A stretch of 64,000 nt of DNA from Squalus acanthias (Eukaryota): assembly GCA_030390025.1 (NCBI GenBank), contig CM059432.1:126668001-126732000 (forward strand). The letters are read 5' to 3'. Shown here in pieces: positions 47,142-61,660 of this stretch (its first letter is position 1; every line of letters begins with the position of its first letter). A program made the position numbers and the translations under genes. Below the pieces are notes generated by a model. It searched no databases. It saw nothing but the letters and a program-made list of their open reading frames with translations, and was not told the DNA's origin.

Positions 47142-48989
47142 ATATGCTCAACAGTTCTATTGTGAAGCTGCCACAAGAACTTCAAATAGTTTTAGAAAAC
47201 TTTGGCCCACATACATATTCTTCAGGCAGCAAAAGATAAAACTGAAAACACTACAAAACAAAAAAAAGGTCTTCCTTAATTTGCATCTTGTTCATGGCAA
47301 TGAATTCATTATTGAGAAAGAAAAGCTTCGCATAACCCATTTATAGCACCTATCTCTTCTCTCAAACATCCCACTGTGCTTCATACACAATGACATACTC
47401 TGAAGTAGAATGACTTCCAGGCAAGCATGACATAAACCACAAGTGGATACCTGACTAGTTAACATGGGAGAATGTGTTTGAATAGTGCTGTGGGATCTTT
47501 AACATTCACCTGAATCTCAAACAGGCAGACAGGTTTAATATCTCAAAGGGCAACACGTAACAATGCAGTACTTCCTCAATACGGCAATGAAATATCAGCC
47601 TAGATTATGTTCAAATCCTGGACTGAGACTTAAATCTGACTTTTGACTTAAAAGCCAAGGCAAGTTGAAATGCAGAACCAAAAGGTGAGGTTAGACCTTT
47701 GGGTTATTTTTAATGCTTGCTGTAAAGGATATTTAAAAAAAGACTAAACAATGTGCATCGTTGAACAAGGATTATTCCACATGGGATGCCTTATAGATGA
47801 CAAATACTGGGTTATGGAACACAATGTTCTTTAATTGACACTTAACTCTATATAATGCCCAAGTCTAATATTGTCCCCAAATTAGGGAAAGCTGTAGCAC
47901 ATCTCCTGCACTCCTAGATAAGATACAAGAAAAGGAAATCCAACAAGCAATTCCCCATCCACCTCTAGACTACTTTTATGCAATGTCTCAGTCTTTGTTC
48001 TATTGATACTATGGTTACTGCTCCTGAAAGTGTTAAAATTAAAACTCAAAACTATGAAACTCCTTACCTCCCCAAGTCTTCCCTTCCTTTTACAATTTAT
48101 ACTTTTAAGACTTATGTTTGCATCACCTAAGCACCATTTCCCAATTTACTGCATCTTCTGAGTCTTTTCAACAGTGCTAATGTCTGCATTCAACATTGTC
48201 AATGTTTGCTCTAAGACCCCACCAAAAAACTAAGCACACACTCCACTAACCATTCTGAAAGCCTAGTCTCGAAAATTTATAAAACTATTCATTACGGTTT
48301 ACATAAAAGTCCACTTAAATGAAAAAAAAACACTCCAATTCCAGGGAGTTAGAGGTGGAAATAGAGACGACAATTTCTTCGAATAGACAGAATGCAGACA
48401 GTGCTTTGTGGATGCATTTAGATTGTGAAACTATGGCAATGTTGAGGCCCAATGTACAAGCTGGCTTGGCCCATCAGCATTATCTGGTGTTCATTGATTC
48501 TTCTTAGAGTTACCAGAGTCAACAGTTGATGCTTTCCAAGTGATCACCTTTTGATCATTGGCAACTCAAACACAGTGTAAAAGTTGCACAAATGCACCAC
48601 TGGTTGCATAGTTAGATTAACTTTCAATAGACCAAGGAATCATTCTACAGGTGTAAGGTTGGAGGTGAAAAAAAGCTATTGTCAACAGACAAGCTCAAGA
48701 TCAACATGGTGTGATGCTCTACAAAGTAGGATCAATATAGTACCACATTTTTTTCTATTATACAAGAGCTGTGTATTATTTAGACTATGCAGATACAAGT
48801 AGTTTGTGTTCATATTATGTAGATTACAGAAAAGGTTTGATCACTCCAATTGTCTATTTTGCACACATTGGAAAGTGCATTAAATATTGCAACACTAATA
48901 AGCTGTTAGCCGTCACAAAAGTAGCTGAATAAGTTTTGCAATTCTAAATATGCTTATGAAGGAAGCAACAGGAGTGTGTGAACTGCAGC

Positions 48990-49875
48990 AAGTACAGTGA
49001 ACGCAAATTTCCTTTATTTTAATACAAAAATGCACTTTTCTACATGTGCACTGGTTTGCCAACTCTTTGGTACAGTACACTATGATATTTGGAACCTCAA
49101 TTTAATAAACCATATTTGTTAAACTTAACGTGATTACCCAAACCAATGATTTTCTAAAGTAGTTTGGATAAACAGAAGCATACTGTACAACCTGCACAAT
49201 AGCAAGGCTCAGTTTTACATTTTGTGACTGAAATGTACCGTCAACACCAAACTAAATATCCGTATAAATTAAATGAGGAGATTGTATATCAGTTTTAAAT
49301 CAGTTTAACCATGGCTTGGCAGAAGGACGAAGAGAATATATTTCACCTCTCGGGCCCTATTAAAATGAAGAAATCATAACACTTAATTTAAAATTTATCC
49401 AATGATGAATGGATGAGGCAAACAAAAGGGCTTTTCCCATCAGGTTTAATAGTCACACACAAAATGTAAAGCATTCTCTTGTTTTATTTGGAATTTCCCT
49501 ACTTCCCTCTATACAAGAACCTTTGATGAAACTTTCGACAAAGGCAGCAGTGAAATTTCAGAAACATTTTCATTCTCCTAGGCCAAATGACCATAATCAC
49601 AGTGTAACAATACATGATCTGCTGTCATCTTTGGCTGGGGTTAGGCTAACAGGTTACTGACTAGCCAAAAGCCTAGGAGGTTACAGTCAAAGCCACTACA
49701 GCCTGTGGTTTGGACTTTCAGCTACAAGCCGAATACAGGAATGTTTACCACCACAGAACCTCCAGGTGTGTGACAGCATTAACTTCCATAAATTTTATAG
49801 ACAAATGAAAAAATTAATCTACAAAACCTGGACCTAGTTATATTATTACACACAATACACACATTTTATTATACT
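48990..49875 (-). other. UBR5: UBR5 3' UTR with candidate poly(A) signals
   Basis: Follows the TAG; AATAAA on the minus strand at 49865-49870, ~49483 and 49013-49018; repeat-free AT-rich sequence. The true 3' end is uncertain. Confidence 0.6.
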
Positions 49876-50088
49876 CTACACAAAACCAAAGTTCTTGGTC
49901 TTAATGGCTAGTAACAGTTTTTGTTTGAGAATCTGTTTGGAGGAATAAAGTGGGACGTATAGACGTGAGATGCAGGTGTTTGCAGTTGGAAGGTGTTGAT
50001 CATCGGGTGGTCTAATGGTGATTGATGGCATTGGTTGGAAACCTTCCTCACTGGCAGGTAATGATGGGCTTGATGTCCAGAAGTAAAC
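49876..50088 (-). CDS. UBR5: UBR5 terminal coding exon (HECT C-lobe with catalytic Cys)
   Basis: [70 protein letters not shown]; acceptor ttttag. Confidence 0.98.
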   Translation of the reverse strand, partial: VYFWTSSPSLPASEEGFQPMPSITIRPPDDQHLPTANTCISRLYVPLYSSKQILKQKLLLAIKTKNFGFV

Positions 50089-50252
50089 CTAAAATACAGA
50101 AAAAAAATCACATCCATCAGCAAATTAATTTCAATACAATTCACCCCTCAGTGCTATTGTTACCTGTTTTACCAAGATTAAATGCACTTTTTCTGGTTAA
50201 AATCTACAACACTATAATTTCCAAGCCCAATAAAAATTCACTTGAGTCATAC

Positions 50253-50338
50253 CAGATCCTGTCTTTCTGTCATGCTCATCTTCTCCACAATGGACCAGAA
50301 CCATCGCTTGAATTGTAATAACTTCTCAGCATTTTCCC
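50253..50338 (-). CDS. UBR5: UBR5 penultimate exon
   Basis: (G)[32 protein letters not shown] boundaries, phase consistent with neighbours. Confidence 0.97.
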
Positions 50339-51109
50339 CTATTGCAAAAAAGTAAGTTTTAAAATGTTACATTCTTGTGTCTGGGATTAGTCTGGAAATA
50401 TTAATCCCATGTCTGAAATGCTTAGTGACGTCTCTACTGAAAAGACTCAACTTAAGAAATCACAAGTGAGAAAGAATGCAACATTCTGACTCCTCTGGGG
50501 AAAATGTCCTCAACTACTGGGGGAGGCAAACAAGATTTACAGCACAAGTGAAGGAATGGCAGTGTTGATGCAAACGGAAGTATCCCATGGAGAGGTAATT
50601 ACACAGGCAATTTTAAAGGTTGTGGGGGGGGGGGGAGAGAAGAACCCCCCCCCCCCCAAAAGGCCAGATGTTTTCCCATCAGGAGGAAGAAAAAAAAAAA
50701 TCACCCCAGCCACTCTTGCGCGGCAGGCCAGTAAGCTGGACCAGCAGACACCTAGCAGCAGTTGTGTGTGACTATTTAGGCTAGGATACTGCCCAAGGAC
50801 AGATGAACAGAAAATACAAATTTAAACTTCACACCATCTCATTCACAATGAGCAGGCAAATTATGTTCAAATTCATTAAGCACTACCACCTTTCCACTAC
50901 CTAAAATGACTTTATAAAATTCATCTGAAATTCTAAAGAAGCTTGAGCAGTTTGCTTCATATAGGTTGATGCAAAACATAACTAATCAATTCTAAATATC
51001 CTTGTTTTATATTCATTGTTCCATACACAAGACTTGTATCCCATAATTAAAACTTATTAATTCATCTCAACTTCCCCTACTTAGCCCAAAGTAGATAGTT
51101 GTTCCATAC

Positions 51110-51254
51110 CAGACTCATCATTGAAAGATGTATAGCTAATTAGCATCTGAACATTCACTTCTCCACATCCATTGACCAAGAGCCTAAAATCTTCTGCTGT
51201 TAGATCTTCTAGTGAATTTTTAGGAAGTACATCCAGCAGTCCTTTCCGCATAGC
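51110..51254 (-). CDS. UBR5: UBR5 HECT exon
   Basis: [48 protein letters not shown](G); AG/GT boundaries. Confidence 0.98.
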
Positions 51255-51619
51255 CTGTAAATTGGCAAATACTATTATCACTAATAGCAATATTTATTAA
51301 ATAAAAAGCAACTGCAATCACAGTGTATAAATTGCAACATTTAAAAAATGAGTTTACAATCTAATCCAGAAACAGTGATGATTTTAAGGAGGCCCTTAGA
51401 GGTCCACTGTACAGGAGATCAGCAGCTTAAAAAAATGACCTACATTGATAGCTAAAAACAGAAGAATTTGCATTGAACTAGATGAAATTAACCAATGTAT
51501 GATTGATTGGTTTGTTAGGACAGGCTACTGTGTTGAGGACGCAGTCTGTGAACTTAAGTTCTGCTCAAAAATGCTTAGTGAGGTCAGGGGGATCTCACGA
51601 AGGAATTATCCCGTTCACA

Positions 51620-52470
51620 GATGCCATTTGTATGGCATTGTAGGCAGTGTGGATGAAAGCATAAAATTACAAAGGGATATTGATAGATTAAGTGAATGGG
51701 CAAAACTGCAGCAAATGGATTTCAATGTAGGAAAATGTGAGGTCATCCACTTTGGACCTAAAAGGGATAGAACAGGGTACTTGCTAAATGGTGAAAAGCT
51801 AAAAACAGAGGTGGTCCAGGTACATAGATGATTAAAATGTCACGAACAGGTACAGAAAATAATCAAAGAGGCTAATGGGATGCTGGCTTTTATATCTGGA
51901 GGACTACAATACAAGGGCGCAGAAGTTATGCTGCAGCTATACTAAACCCTGATTAGACCACACCTAGAGTACTGCGAGCAGTTCTGGGCACTACACTTTA
52001 GGAAGGATATAATGGCCTTGGACAGAGTGCAGCATAGGTTTACCAGAATGATACATGACTTCAAGGGTTAAGTTACGAGGAGAGATTACACAAATTAGGG
52101 TTGTATTCCCTAGAATTTAGAAGTTTAAGGGGTGATCCGATCGAAGTTTTCAAGATATTAAGGGGAACAGATAGGGTAGATAGAGAAACTATTTCCACTG
52201 GTTGGGGATTCTAGGACTAGGGGGCATAGTCTAAAAATTAAAGCCAGACCTTTCAGGAGTGAAGTTAGAAAACATTTCTACACACAAACCGCAACTGATG
52301 CTAGGTCAATTGTTAATTTTAAGTCAGAGATTGATAGCTTTGTGTTAACCAAAGGTATTATGGGATATGGGGTAAAAGCAGGTATATGGAGTTAGGTCAC
52401 AGATCAGTCGTGATCTCATTGAATGGCGGAACAGGCTCGAGGGGCTGAATGGCCTACTCCTGTTCCTATG
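51620..52470 (+). mobile_element. CR1 LINE fragment in UBR5 intron
   Basis: LQRDIDRLSEWAK.QQMDFNVGKCEVIHFG through to the 3' UTR. Confidence 0.9.
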
Positions 52471-52644
52471 TATCTGAAGTGTAAATATCAAGCTACAAGA
52501 TTGCCATTTACTAATACACAAATATGTTGGGATTTCGGCCTCCATTCCAACAAAAAATGTAGTTTAATTACACTTGGGGGAAAAAAATGCAAAATCTTGT
52601 TTCTTGGACAGAAAATTATTGCATCCTTAAAAATTAAGAGGGAA

Positions 52645-52850
52645 AATCTGAATGCTGGAAATCAGAGATAAAAACAGAAAATACACAGAGGAGACAGGTT
52701 ATGATGTTTTGAGTGTGTGCCCATCATCAGAACTGAAGAATAAAAATCACATCCAAGTCTTCAGTTCTGATGAAAGGTACAAACTCAAATCATAACCCGT
52801 CTTTTCTCTCAATAGATCCAGACTGCTGTATTCCTTGCATTTTGTATTTA
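52645..52850. repeat. Head-to-head pair of old PLE termini forming a hairpin
   Basis: CATCAGAACTGAAGA ... TCTTCAGTTCTGATG perfect 15-bp inner arms; outer arms resemble the PLE terminus. Confidence 0.7.
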
Positions 52851-55800
52851 TTGCATACTTTCATCAAGTGATTCATATATAAATAACAAAAACAGTGGAA
52901 AATAGAAAGAACTAGCAGTGGAGAGTGACCACTAAATTCTCACTCACTTCCCTCTGTCGCCACACCAGCTCAACTCCACTTAAATATTAGCAAAACATCA
53001 GATGTGTCGTTTTAGTAATGCTCAGGTTAAGTAAAATTAATAAACTTGAGACTAACTCAAGTATATAATCAATTGCTGTGAATACAAGTAATACAATACA
53101 AATAATATGAATTATAAAATTACCAATTTTTATTAAAGCACTAAGCTGCATTTTACAACCACAGAACTATTTTTTGAAAAACAAATTACCAGCAGCTTTC
53201 AGTTTGTGGGAAAAAAAAGCTATTATTGATGCATGCCATACCACCAAAGTATTGTCACAGCTTAAACTGTAATCATAGAAACAATTTTTCTAAATAAAAA
53301 TACAATATAAAACTGAGTCTGAAGCACCTCATTAATCTTTGGGCCATTTCCATAAATGTCCTGTGCACTGAAATTTGCTAATGTTTTAACATACCACATT
53401 ACAGGTAAAGAATGAACAAACTTGTTTTTATTTAGCACCTTCCACATTTTCTGGATGCTCAAAAGTGCTGAAGTGTAGTCACTTTGTAGGCAAATGCTGC
53501 AGTTAATTTGTGCACAAGGTCCCACAAACAGCAATCAGAAAAATGACCAGTTACTCTGTTTTGAAAGTGTTGGTTGAGGGATAACTATTGGCCAGGACAC
53601 TAGAAGAACTCCCTTGCTTTGCTTCAAATAGTGCTATGGGATTTATTTTATATCCACCTGAACAGGCAGATGGAGCTTTGATTTAACATCTCATCCAAAA
53701 AATGACACTTGACAAAGCAGCACTTCAGTTTGATGCGTCAGCCTAGGTTACTGGTGGTTGGGGTGGGGGGGGGGGAGGGGAAGGAAGAGAGAGAGAAAGA
53801 GGGGGGATGTATAATTACTGAGAAATTTACATAAGCAGGTTCCATTTTAAATGTAGACATAGGAATTGATAATTGAAATATAAAGTTAAGGACAGAATGC
53901 ATGACATTAAAATGGCGACTAAATCACATCTGCGTGCTGTGGTCCAATTATCCTCCACACTCTAACCCCACTTTACCTGTACACAACACTTGGTCTTGAA
54001 TCAGTGTACAATGCCATGAGAGGTCTCCCAGTACATTAAAAATATTGCAAGCACACATTTCTTGTCTAACGTCCCACGGTCAGAAGTTTGTCACGTTTTG
54101 TGTGCCAATTAGCACGGACATCGTCTATGTAAACATGTAAAATCCTGCATGTAAATACTGTAGTTACTTGTAACAATGCAGTTCAGGCTCTGGCCAGTAG
54201 GTAGCTCCGTAAAAGTTTCTGAAGTCTTTCTCCTTACCATCATCTTGTATACTAAAAAAACATTTTCTATTTGTTTCTATTGATGTCCTGGCTTTAGAAT
54301 CCCATAATTCAACTCTAGAATAATCCTCATCTCTCCAACCCCCACCCCATTCTTTATATCCCTGCTAAAATTATTTTCCCTATTCTTTCTCAAATTGTAT
54401 ACTTTCCCTGAAAATACAGATGTGGAAACAAACTGCTGCTTTAGGTTCAGTAAGCTTAAATCAGTAAATTCAGCCACATGAACTTAGGAGGATTCTAAAT
54501 TCAAACCTCAATCTACACTCAGCCAATCTCTGCTGAGGCATCAGTAGGGGCGTCACAGTTAGCCCAGGTTCCATTCCCTGATCACTACCCAGACCCTTAC
54601 GTACACATGTGAATATAGAATGAGACGACGAGATTAGTCTCTGCTGTGATAATCACAAAGTTGTGTAGTCCGCTGACACTTAGTCAAGGCGAACTATGGT
54701 ACTGAAGGGTGCCCAGTGTACATGGAACCGTATCAAAATAAAGAGCTAATACTTTCAGGAGAGGACAGGAGGAAACTCAAACAAAATAATAGTTGTGTAA
54801 AGTCAAAGAAAACTACATTTTAAACCAGTGGTACTGCCTTTTGTGATGAGTTGTTGCTTTTTGAATGTAGAAGACCCACCAGATATTGTTAAGTGTCAGT
54901 TAGACCAAGTGGTAGCACATTCACCTCCAAGTCTAATGTTTTTGAGTTCAAGCCCCACTCTAGGACTTGAGTACATAACTTAGAATAACTTTTGGCAGTG
55001 TACTAAAAAAGGCATTGAATTTTCTTGCATGAGGCATTAAATTGAGGTCTCGTCTGTCTGTTCAGGTGGGCCTAAAACACTCCATGGTATTAATCGCAGT
55101 GAGTTTTCCTGGCCAACATTTATCCCTCAATCAACACCACCAACAGAGATTAAGTGGGCATTTCATATCATTTGCTGTTTGAGGATGTTGCTGTGTACAA
55201 ATTAGCTGCCAGCTTTGCGGATATAACAATTGTGACTACATTTCAAAAGTATTTCAGTCGATGTGAATCCCTTTGGGACGTCCCGAGGATGCGAAAGGTG
55301 TTGCGCAAGTGCAACTTGTTGTTCTACTAAATGCAGGATCTTTTGAGATTTTATGGGAGTGGTGTGGGGTGGTGGGAGAGGAGAAAGAGTCCAGGAGAAC
55401 ATGGAGTCTTGCCACTGATACCAGAAGAGCACAACACTGGGACCCAAGAACTGGGGGCCTGAGAGATAGGTGTGGGAGCACAATTTAATTTTCCTTTGTT
55501 TAAAAAAACACTGCCATGACCCTGCACTACCAAACTGTGGCACGATGACAGAAGAGTCAAGGGACTTGTCTGTTGTGCAATGGTGTTGCTCTGCTCCTCT
55601 GGAGTTCTCTACTTGCACATGGTACAGATGAAAAACAAAAAAAAGGGTAAAAAAAACACAGCCCTGAAAATTATTTACTTGCACATGTGTAAAAGGCAAC
55701 CAGAAGGAGAGAACACAAAAGTCTCTGTGCTCACAGGTTGCTCAAGTCAGGGCTCAGCTAGGCCAGGGCGTCAAGTACAGGACAGGACAGGACGTGGGCA

Positions 55801-56412
55801 AGTCTGGGGTTATCTAGGAGTGAGGGAGCTTGTACGCATGGACAAGAGCACAGTCGAGGATGTGTTAAGTTTTATGAGGAAAGGTGGTAGGGAAGTTATT
55901 GGGTTGACTGGACGATGTGCAAGTTTGTTCATTTTTTGGGGGTGGCTCACTGAATGTTTATTACATGTTAAATTCCATTTTGAGCAGTTAGTGGGAACCG
56001 TAATAGTGGGGAAAAAAGCTTTTGTTCATACAGCGTCTTTTCATGTGTCAGAAACATCAAGAGCTTCATACTCAATAAATTACTCTGAAGTGTAGTTAAT
56101 TAGGTGGTCAAAAGCAGTAGCCATTTTACATACAGCAACATCTCAAAAAGCAACTAAATTAATTATGTGGATCAGTTTTTGCTTTTGTAGTGGAGAGAAA
56201 TTTCTTCTAGAGGAATGCAATTTTTCAAAGAATGTGATAGGTCGACTCACCAATCAGACTCTAAACAGAAAATAGACAAAAATTAGTTGATCACCTGTGG
56301 CGTTGCACAGAGGAGTCAAGACGATGTGCAGCCTTCAGGTGAAGCAAGTGAGAGGGTATGGAATAATTGGACCAGTGCATAGATGTAATTCAGTCCCTAT
56401 TTTAAAGCCATA

Positions 56413-56914
56413 GGGGTCGATTCTAACTGGGGGCAGGAAGGAACCCCCCCCCGACCACAGCAGGCCTTATTTAAATAATCCAGGACAGTCTCCTGTTGGA
56501 AACCAGCAGGAGTGACGAAAAAAAATTTCGGGCCGGGGAATTAAGGGAACGATCCCCGGCATAAAATTAGATCCAGCCATTGGGCTTTGGAAACTTATGC
56601 TGGCACTGGGAGGGAGGCACAAGGCCAGGGGAGGTTCAAGGACTCGTTGCCAGGCCTGCGGGCAGCACTCCTGCTTCTCTTAGCACACAAGGATTCCACA
56701 GAAAAGTGATTTTTAAATAAATTGCTAGCCACTCCGCGGACTCCTGCTGTGGTTTTGCTGTTAGGATTGGCCCTGTGCGGAAGTTAAAATGCTATCCTGT
56801 GCCTGAATTATGATAAGTAAAGATGGTGAGGGCAGGAATGCGTTGGGAACGTGCCCTGACAGCCCCACTATCTGCACTGTTCTTTACAGGTTGGGGGCAT
56901 CTAAAATTTACCTC
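56413..56914. mobile_element. Old MITE-like element
   Basis: GGGGTCGATTCTA... / ...TAAAATTTACCTC imperfect termini around a GC-rich body. Confidence 0.4.
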
Positions 56915-57224
56915 AGTCAGATAAAAGGCAGCAAACATTTTTAAAAACACCATGGAGGCATTTCAGTTCAATTTATTTTAAACCCACCAACATGATTTAC
57001 ACTTCAGTTTACCATTAAAAATCTGTTTTCCAGCCAAAACAGCTCAACTGCTGCAGTGCTACCACATGATCAGTGGGATGGGGATGGGGGTAAAACGGCA
57101 TTCCTGTCAACAAGGAACAAATGAAGAATTGCCAGCAACCAAAATCTCCTGAATCTAGTTTGGGCAAAGTATCAAATTCTCCAACTTCCCAGCAAAAAAA
57201 ACTTTCTTGCTACCAAGGAGAAGC

Positions 57225-58735
57225 ATCACTGTAGATACAGCAAAAGCTATGGGCCCCGACAACATCCCGGCTATCGTGCTGAAGACTTGTGCTCCAGAAC
57301 TACCCGCGCCTCTAGCCAAGCTGTTCCAGTACAGCTACAACACTGACATCTATCAGACAATGTAGAAAACTGCCCAGGTATGTCCTGTCCACAAAAAGCA
57401 GGACAAATCCAATCCGGCCAATTACCACTCCATCAGTCTACTCTCAATCATCAGCAAAGTGATGGATGGTGTCATCGACAGTGCTATCAAGCGGCACTTA
57501 CTCACCAATAACTTGCTCACTGATGCCAGTTTGGGTTCCGCCAAGACCACTCTGTTCCCGACCTCATTACAGCCTTGGTCCAAACATGGACAAAGGAGCT
57601 GAATTCCAGAGGTGAAGCAAGAGTGACTGCCCTTGACATCAAGGCAGCATTTGACCGAGTGTGGCATCAAGGAGCCCTAATCAAACTGAAGTCAATGGAA
57701 ATCGAGGGGAAAACTCTCCACTGGCTGGAGTCATACCTAGCACAAAGGAAGATGGTTGTGGTTATTGAAGGTCAATCATCACAGCCCCAAGACATTGCTG
57801 CAGGAGTTCCTCAGGGCAGTGTCCTAGGCCCAACCATCTTCAGCTGCTTCATCAATGACCTTCCCTCCAACAGAAGGTCAGAAATGGGGATGTTCGCTGA
57901 TGACTTCAGTGTTCAGTGCCATTCACAACTCCTCAGATAATGAAGCAATCCATGCCCGCATGCAACAAGACCTGGACGACGTTCAGGCTTGAGCTGATAA
58001 GTGGCAGGTAACATTCGCGCCAGAGAAGTGCCAGGCAATGACTATCTCCAACAAGCGAGAGTCTAAACACCGCCCCTTGACATTACCATCGTCGAATCCC
58101 CCACCATCAACATCTTGGGGGGTCACCATTGACCAGAAACTTAACTGGACCAGCCACATAAATACTGTGGCAACAAGAGGTCAGAGGCTAGGTATTCTGC
58201 GGAAAGTGTCTCACCTCCTGACTCCCCAAAGCCTTTCTACCATCTACAAGTCACAAGTAAGGAGTGCGATGGAATACTCTCCACTTGCCTGGATGAGTGC
58301 AGCTCCAACAACACTCAAGAAGCTCAACACCATCCAGGACAAACCAGCCCGCTTGATTGGCACCCCCTCTCTACCATCTTAAACATTCACTTCCTCCACC
58401 ACTGGCGTACCGTGGCTGCAGTGTGTACCATCTACAAGATGCACTGCAGCAACTCGCCAAGGCTTCTTCGGCAGCACCTCCCAAACCCGCGACCTCTTAC
58501 ACCTAGAAGGACAAGGGCAGCAGACGCATGGGAACACCACCACCTCCAAGTTCCCCTCCAAGTCACTCACCATCCGGACTTAGAAGTATATCGCCGATCC
58601 TTCATCGTCGCTGGGTCAAAATCCTGGAACTCCCTACCTAACAGCACTGTAGGAGTACCTTCACCACACGGATTGCAGCAGTTCAAGAAGGCAGCTCACC
58701 ACCACCTCCCATAAAAACGAATTTAAAAAAAAGGC
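57225..58735 (+). mobile_element. CR1-group LINE of a second family, RT to 3' end
   Basis: KAMGPDNIP, NYHSISLLS, LDIKAAFDRVWHQG, GVPQGSVLGP.IF..FINDL, MFADD, WNSLP; A-rich tail. Confidence 0.9.
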
Positions 58736-59289
58736 ACTTGTACCTCAGGCAAGGGATAAAATCCAGCAAACTATTTTAAAAAGACAGTGAAGACACTGTT
58801 GCTCGATTCTTTTACCCAAACATAACAGAAGGTAGGTGGGGTTAGTTGTGACTAGTTATATAGAACTGCAAAGGCAACAGTAACCAAAATCTTGTTAGAA
58901 AATTTAATTCTAGTATCAGATTTCAAGGTGACTAGATTTGCAATGATGGCAGATAATCAGGAAGCCCTACTTGGCAGGGACATTACCAGAGAAGGAAAAA
59001 AAACATTAAAATTTGTTTAAAACCATCCAAATGCAAAAGGAAGTGTTGAAAGAAGGGTACACATTAAAACAAAGCCAAATTGGCTAATGTGCCATGTGCA
59101 AGGACAAATCAGCTAAGCAAAGATATTTTACCGACTTAAAAGAAAATAGTTCTCAGGAGAACAGGGAGAGGCACAATCTCAGCCAAAGGTATTGAAAGCT
59201 GCTATCAGAGCAGCCAAAAGGAGAAGATAGTAGGTAATTATGGTAGTAATAACAGCTTTAAAAAAAAAAAAAAAAAATCTTGCTAAGTG

Positions 59290-60440
59290 TCTAGAAAGCC
59301 ATTAAGGACTGCACAGTTCGTTGAAGGATTCCTTAGGGCAGATTCAAGTGGACTCTCAGAATATGGCAGAGGTTTTAAATGGCTTCTTTGCATCAGAGAA
59401 GACAATGCTGAGTTACCAATAGTACATGGTACAGTTGACACTGAAGTAAAAGGAGTCAAAATTAATGCAGATATAGTCCTGGATATGGAGTTTCAACAGA
59501 TTGGGCTGCTGGTCCTGATCGCATTTATTATTAGAGGGTGCTAAAAGAAACGGGAGCTGTGCTCGGTGAGCGCATTACTCATTTAACAGCTTGCTAGAGT
59601 CTGGATTGTTCCAATGGACTGGACGGACGCCCATGTGGTGTCAATATACAAAAAGGACAATAAGTCAGAACCAAGGAATTAGCTTGAATTCAGTTATAGG
59701 CAAGATGCTGTAAGAGGTCATTACAGATGTACTGTATGACAACCGTGACAGAGAAGGGATTATTAAAGACTCTGAACACTGCTTCTGAATTTTTTTGAGA
59801 AGTTACTAAATTGGTGGATGACAAGGTGCCACACAATAGGCTAACTAATGAACGAGAGCCCTGTGGGATTAGCAGGCAGACTTTAGGTTAGATTAGGAAT
59901 TGGTTGCATTCTTTTAAGTAGAAGGTTCTTAATAATGGTAGTGGTTTTGTGTGGACTGTCACTAGTGGAGTCCCACAGGGATCAGTGTTAGGGCTGTTAC
60001 TCTTCACCATCTTTATAAATGATGTGGATGAAGGAATCAGGGAAATTACACGCAAAATGTGTGTTGGTGTTAGGACTGTGGATGAGAAAAATAGATTCCA
60101 AGATGATCTAAATCTAAATGTTCAAAATTTTGAAGGGTTTTGAAGTGTTTACACTGGCAGGACTATCAGTAACCAGAGGACACAGATTCAAGATAATTGG
60201 TAAAAGAACCAGAGGCAAGACATATTTTTTGACGCAGCATGTTATGATCTGGAATTCACTGTCTGAATGGGTGGTGGAAGCAGATTTAATAGTAACTTTC
60301 AACAGGGAACTGGATAAATACTTGAAAAGGAAAAGTGTGCAAGGCTATGAGGAAAGAGCAGGGGAGTGGGACTAATTGGATAGCTCTTTCAAAGAGTGGC
60401 CCCCTTCTGTGCTGTAAAAGCTAAAATTCTATGATTCCAT
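59290..60440 (+). mobile_element. Old degraded CR1 RT fragments
   Basis: VTSGVPQGSVLG.LLFTIFIND; TRGHRFK...WNSL; ATTCTATGATT tail. Further old fragments at 60450-60758 and 61690-62040. Confidence 0.8.
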
Positions 60441-60758
60441 GATCTAGATGTGATAGGAGATGATCTCAGATCTGACGTGTCATTTAATATAGATAACTGT
60501 AGTGTTATGCACATGGGTAGGGCTCATATATACACCAGGCAGAGTTGAGAACTTAAGGCTGTTGAGCATGAGAAAGACCTAGGTATCATAGTACATCAAT
60601 CTCTAAAGGTTCACAACCAGTCCCATGAGGTTATAACAAAATCAAATAAGAGTGGAAGGATGTGTTGCCAGGATGATCAAATAAAAAAAAAAAAAAACAC
60701 TATACTGCCCTTTAATAAGACTTCATCTGGAATACGGTGTCCAGTTTTGGTCCCCTCA

Positions 60759-61660
60759 CATAAGAACATAAGAAATAGGAGCAGGAGTAGGCCAATCGGC
60801 CCCTCGAGCCTGCTCCGCCATTCAATAAGATCATGGCTGATCTGATCCTAACCGCCAATCTACTATCTATCATAGAACCATCTCCTGCATCTAACAGAAT
60901 TGCACACACGAAATAGGAGCAGAATCCGGCTACACGGTCCCTGGGCCCGCTCCACTACCCACAGGGCCATGACCGATCCGAACCTAGACTCATGTCCAAA
61001 TTCCTGCCCGCTCCCCGTAACCCTTAATGCCCTTTACTTCTAGGAAACTGTCTATTTCTGTTTTAAATTTATTTAATGATGTAGCTTCTACAGCTTTTTG
61101 TGGCAGCATATTCCATGGACCTACCACCCTCTGAGTGAAGTAGTTCCTCCTCATCTCAGTTTTGAAAGAGCAGCCCCTTATTCTAAGACTATGTCCCCTA
61201 GTTCTAGTCTCACCCGTCATCGGGAACATCCTCCCCGCATCCACCCGATCCAACCCCTTCACAATCTTATATGTTTCAATAAGATCGCCTCTCATTCTTC
61301 TGAACTCCAATGAGTAGAGTCCCAATCTACCCAACCTCTCCTCATATGACCACCCCCTCATCCCCGGGATTAACCGAGTGAACCTTTTTTGCACTGCCTC
61401 GAGAGCAAGGATGTCTTTCCTTAAGTAAGGACACCAAAACTGTATGCAGTATTCCAGGTGCGGTCTCACCAATACCTTGTACAACTGAAGCAATACCTCC
61501 CTATTTTTATATTCTATCCCCCTAGCAATGAAAGCCAACATTCCATTTGCCTTCTTAATCACTTGCTGCACCTGCATACTAACCTTTTGAGTTTCGTGCA
61601 CCAGGACCCCCAGATCCCTTTGCACTTCAGTACTCTCCAGTTTCTTGCCATTAAGATAAT
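60759..61660 (-). mobile_element. Young CR1 3' fragment inserted in an older CR1
   Basis: Uninterrupted ORF2 C-terminus (ORF 60990..61718) followed by two successive 3'-UTR modules. Confidence 0.93.

Noticed and set aside
55202..56095. 165-171 aa ORFs in the UBR5 intron
   Set aside because: No domain similarity recognised, partly SINE-derived, and the flanking UBR5 exons join in frame without them.
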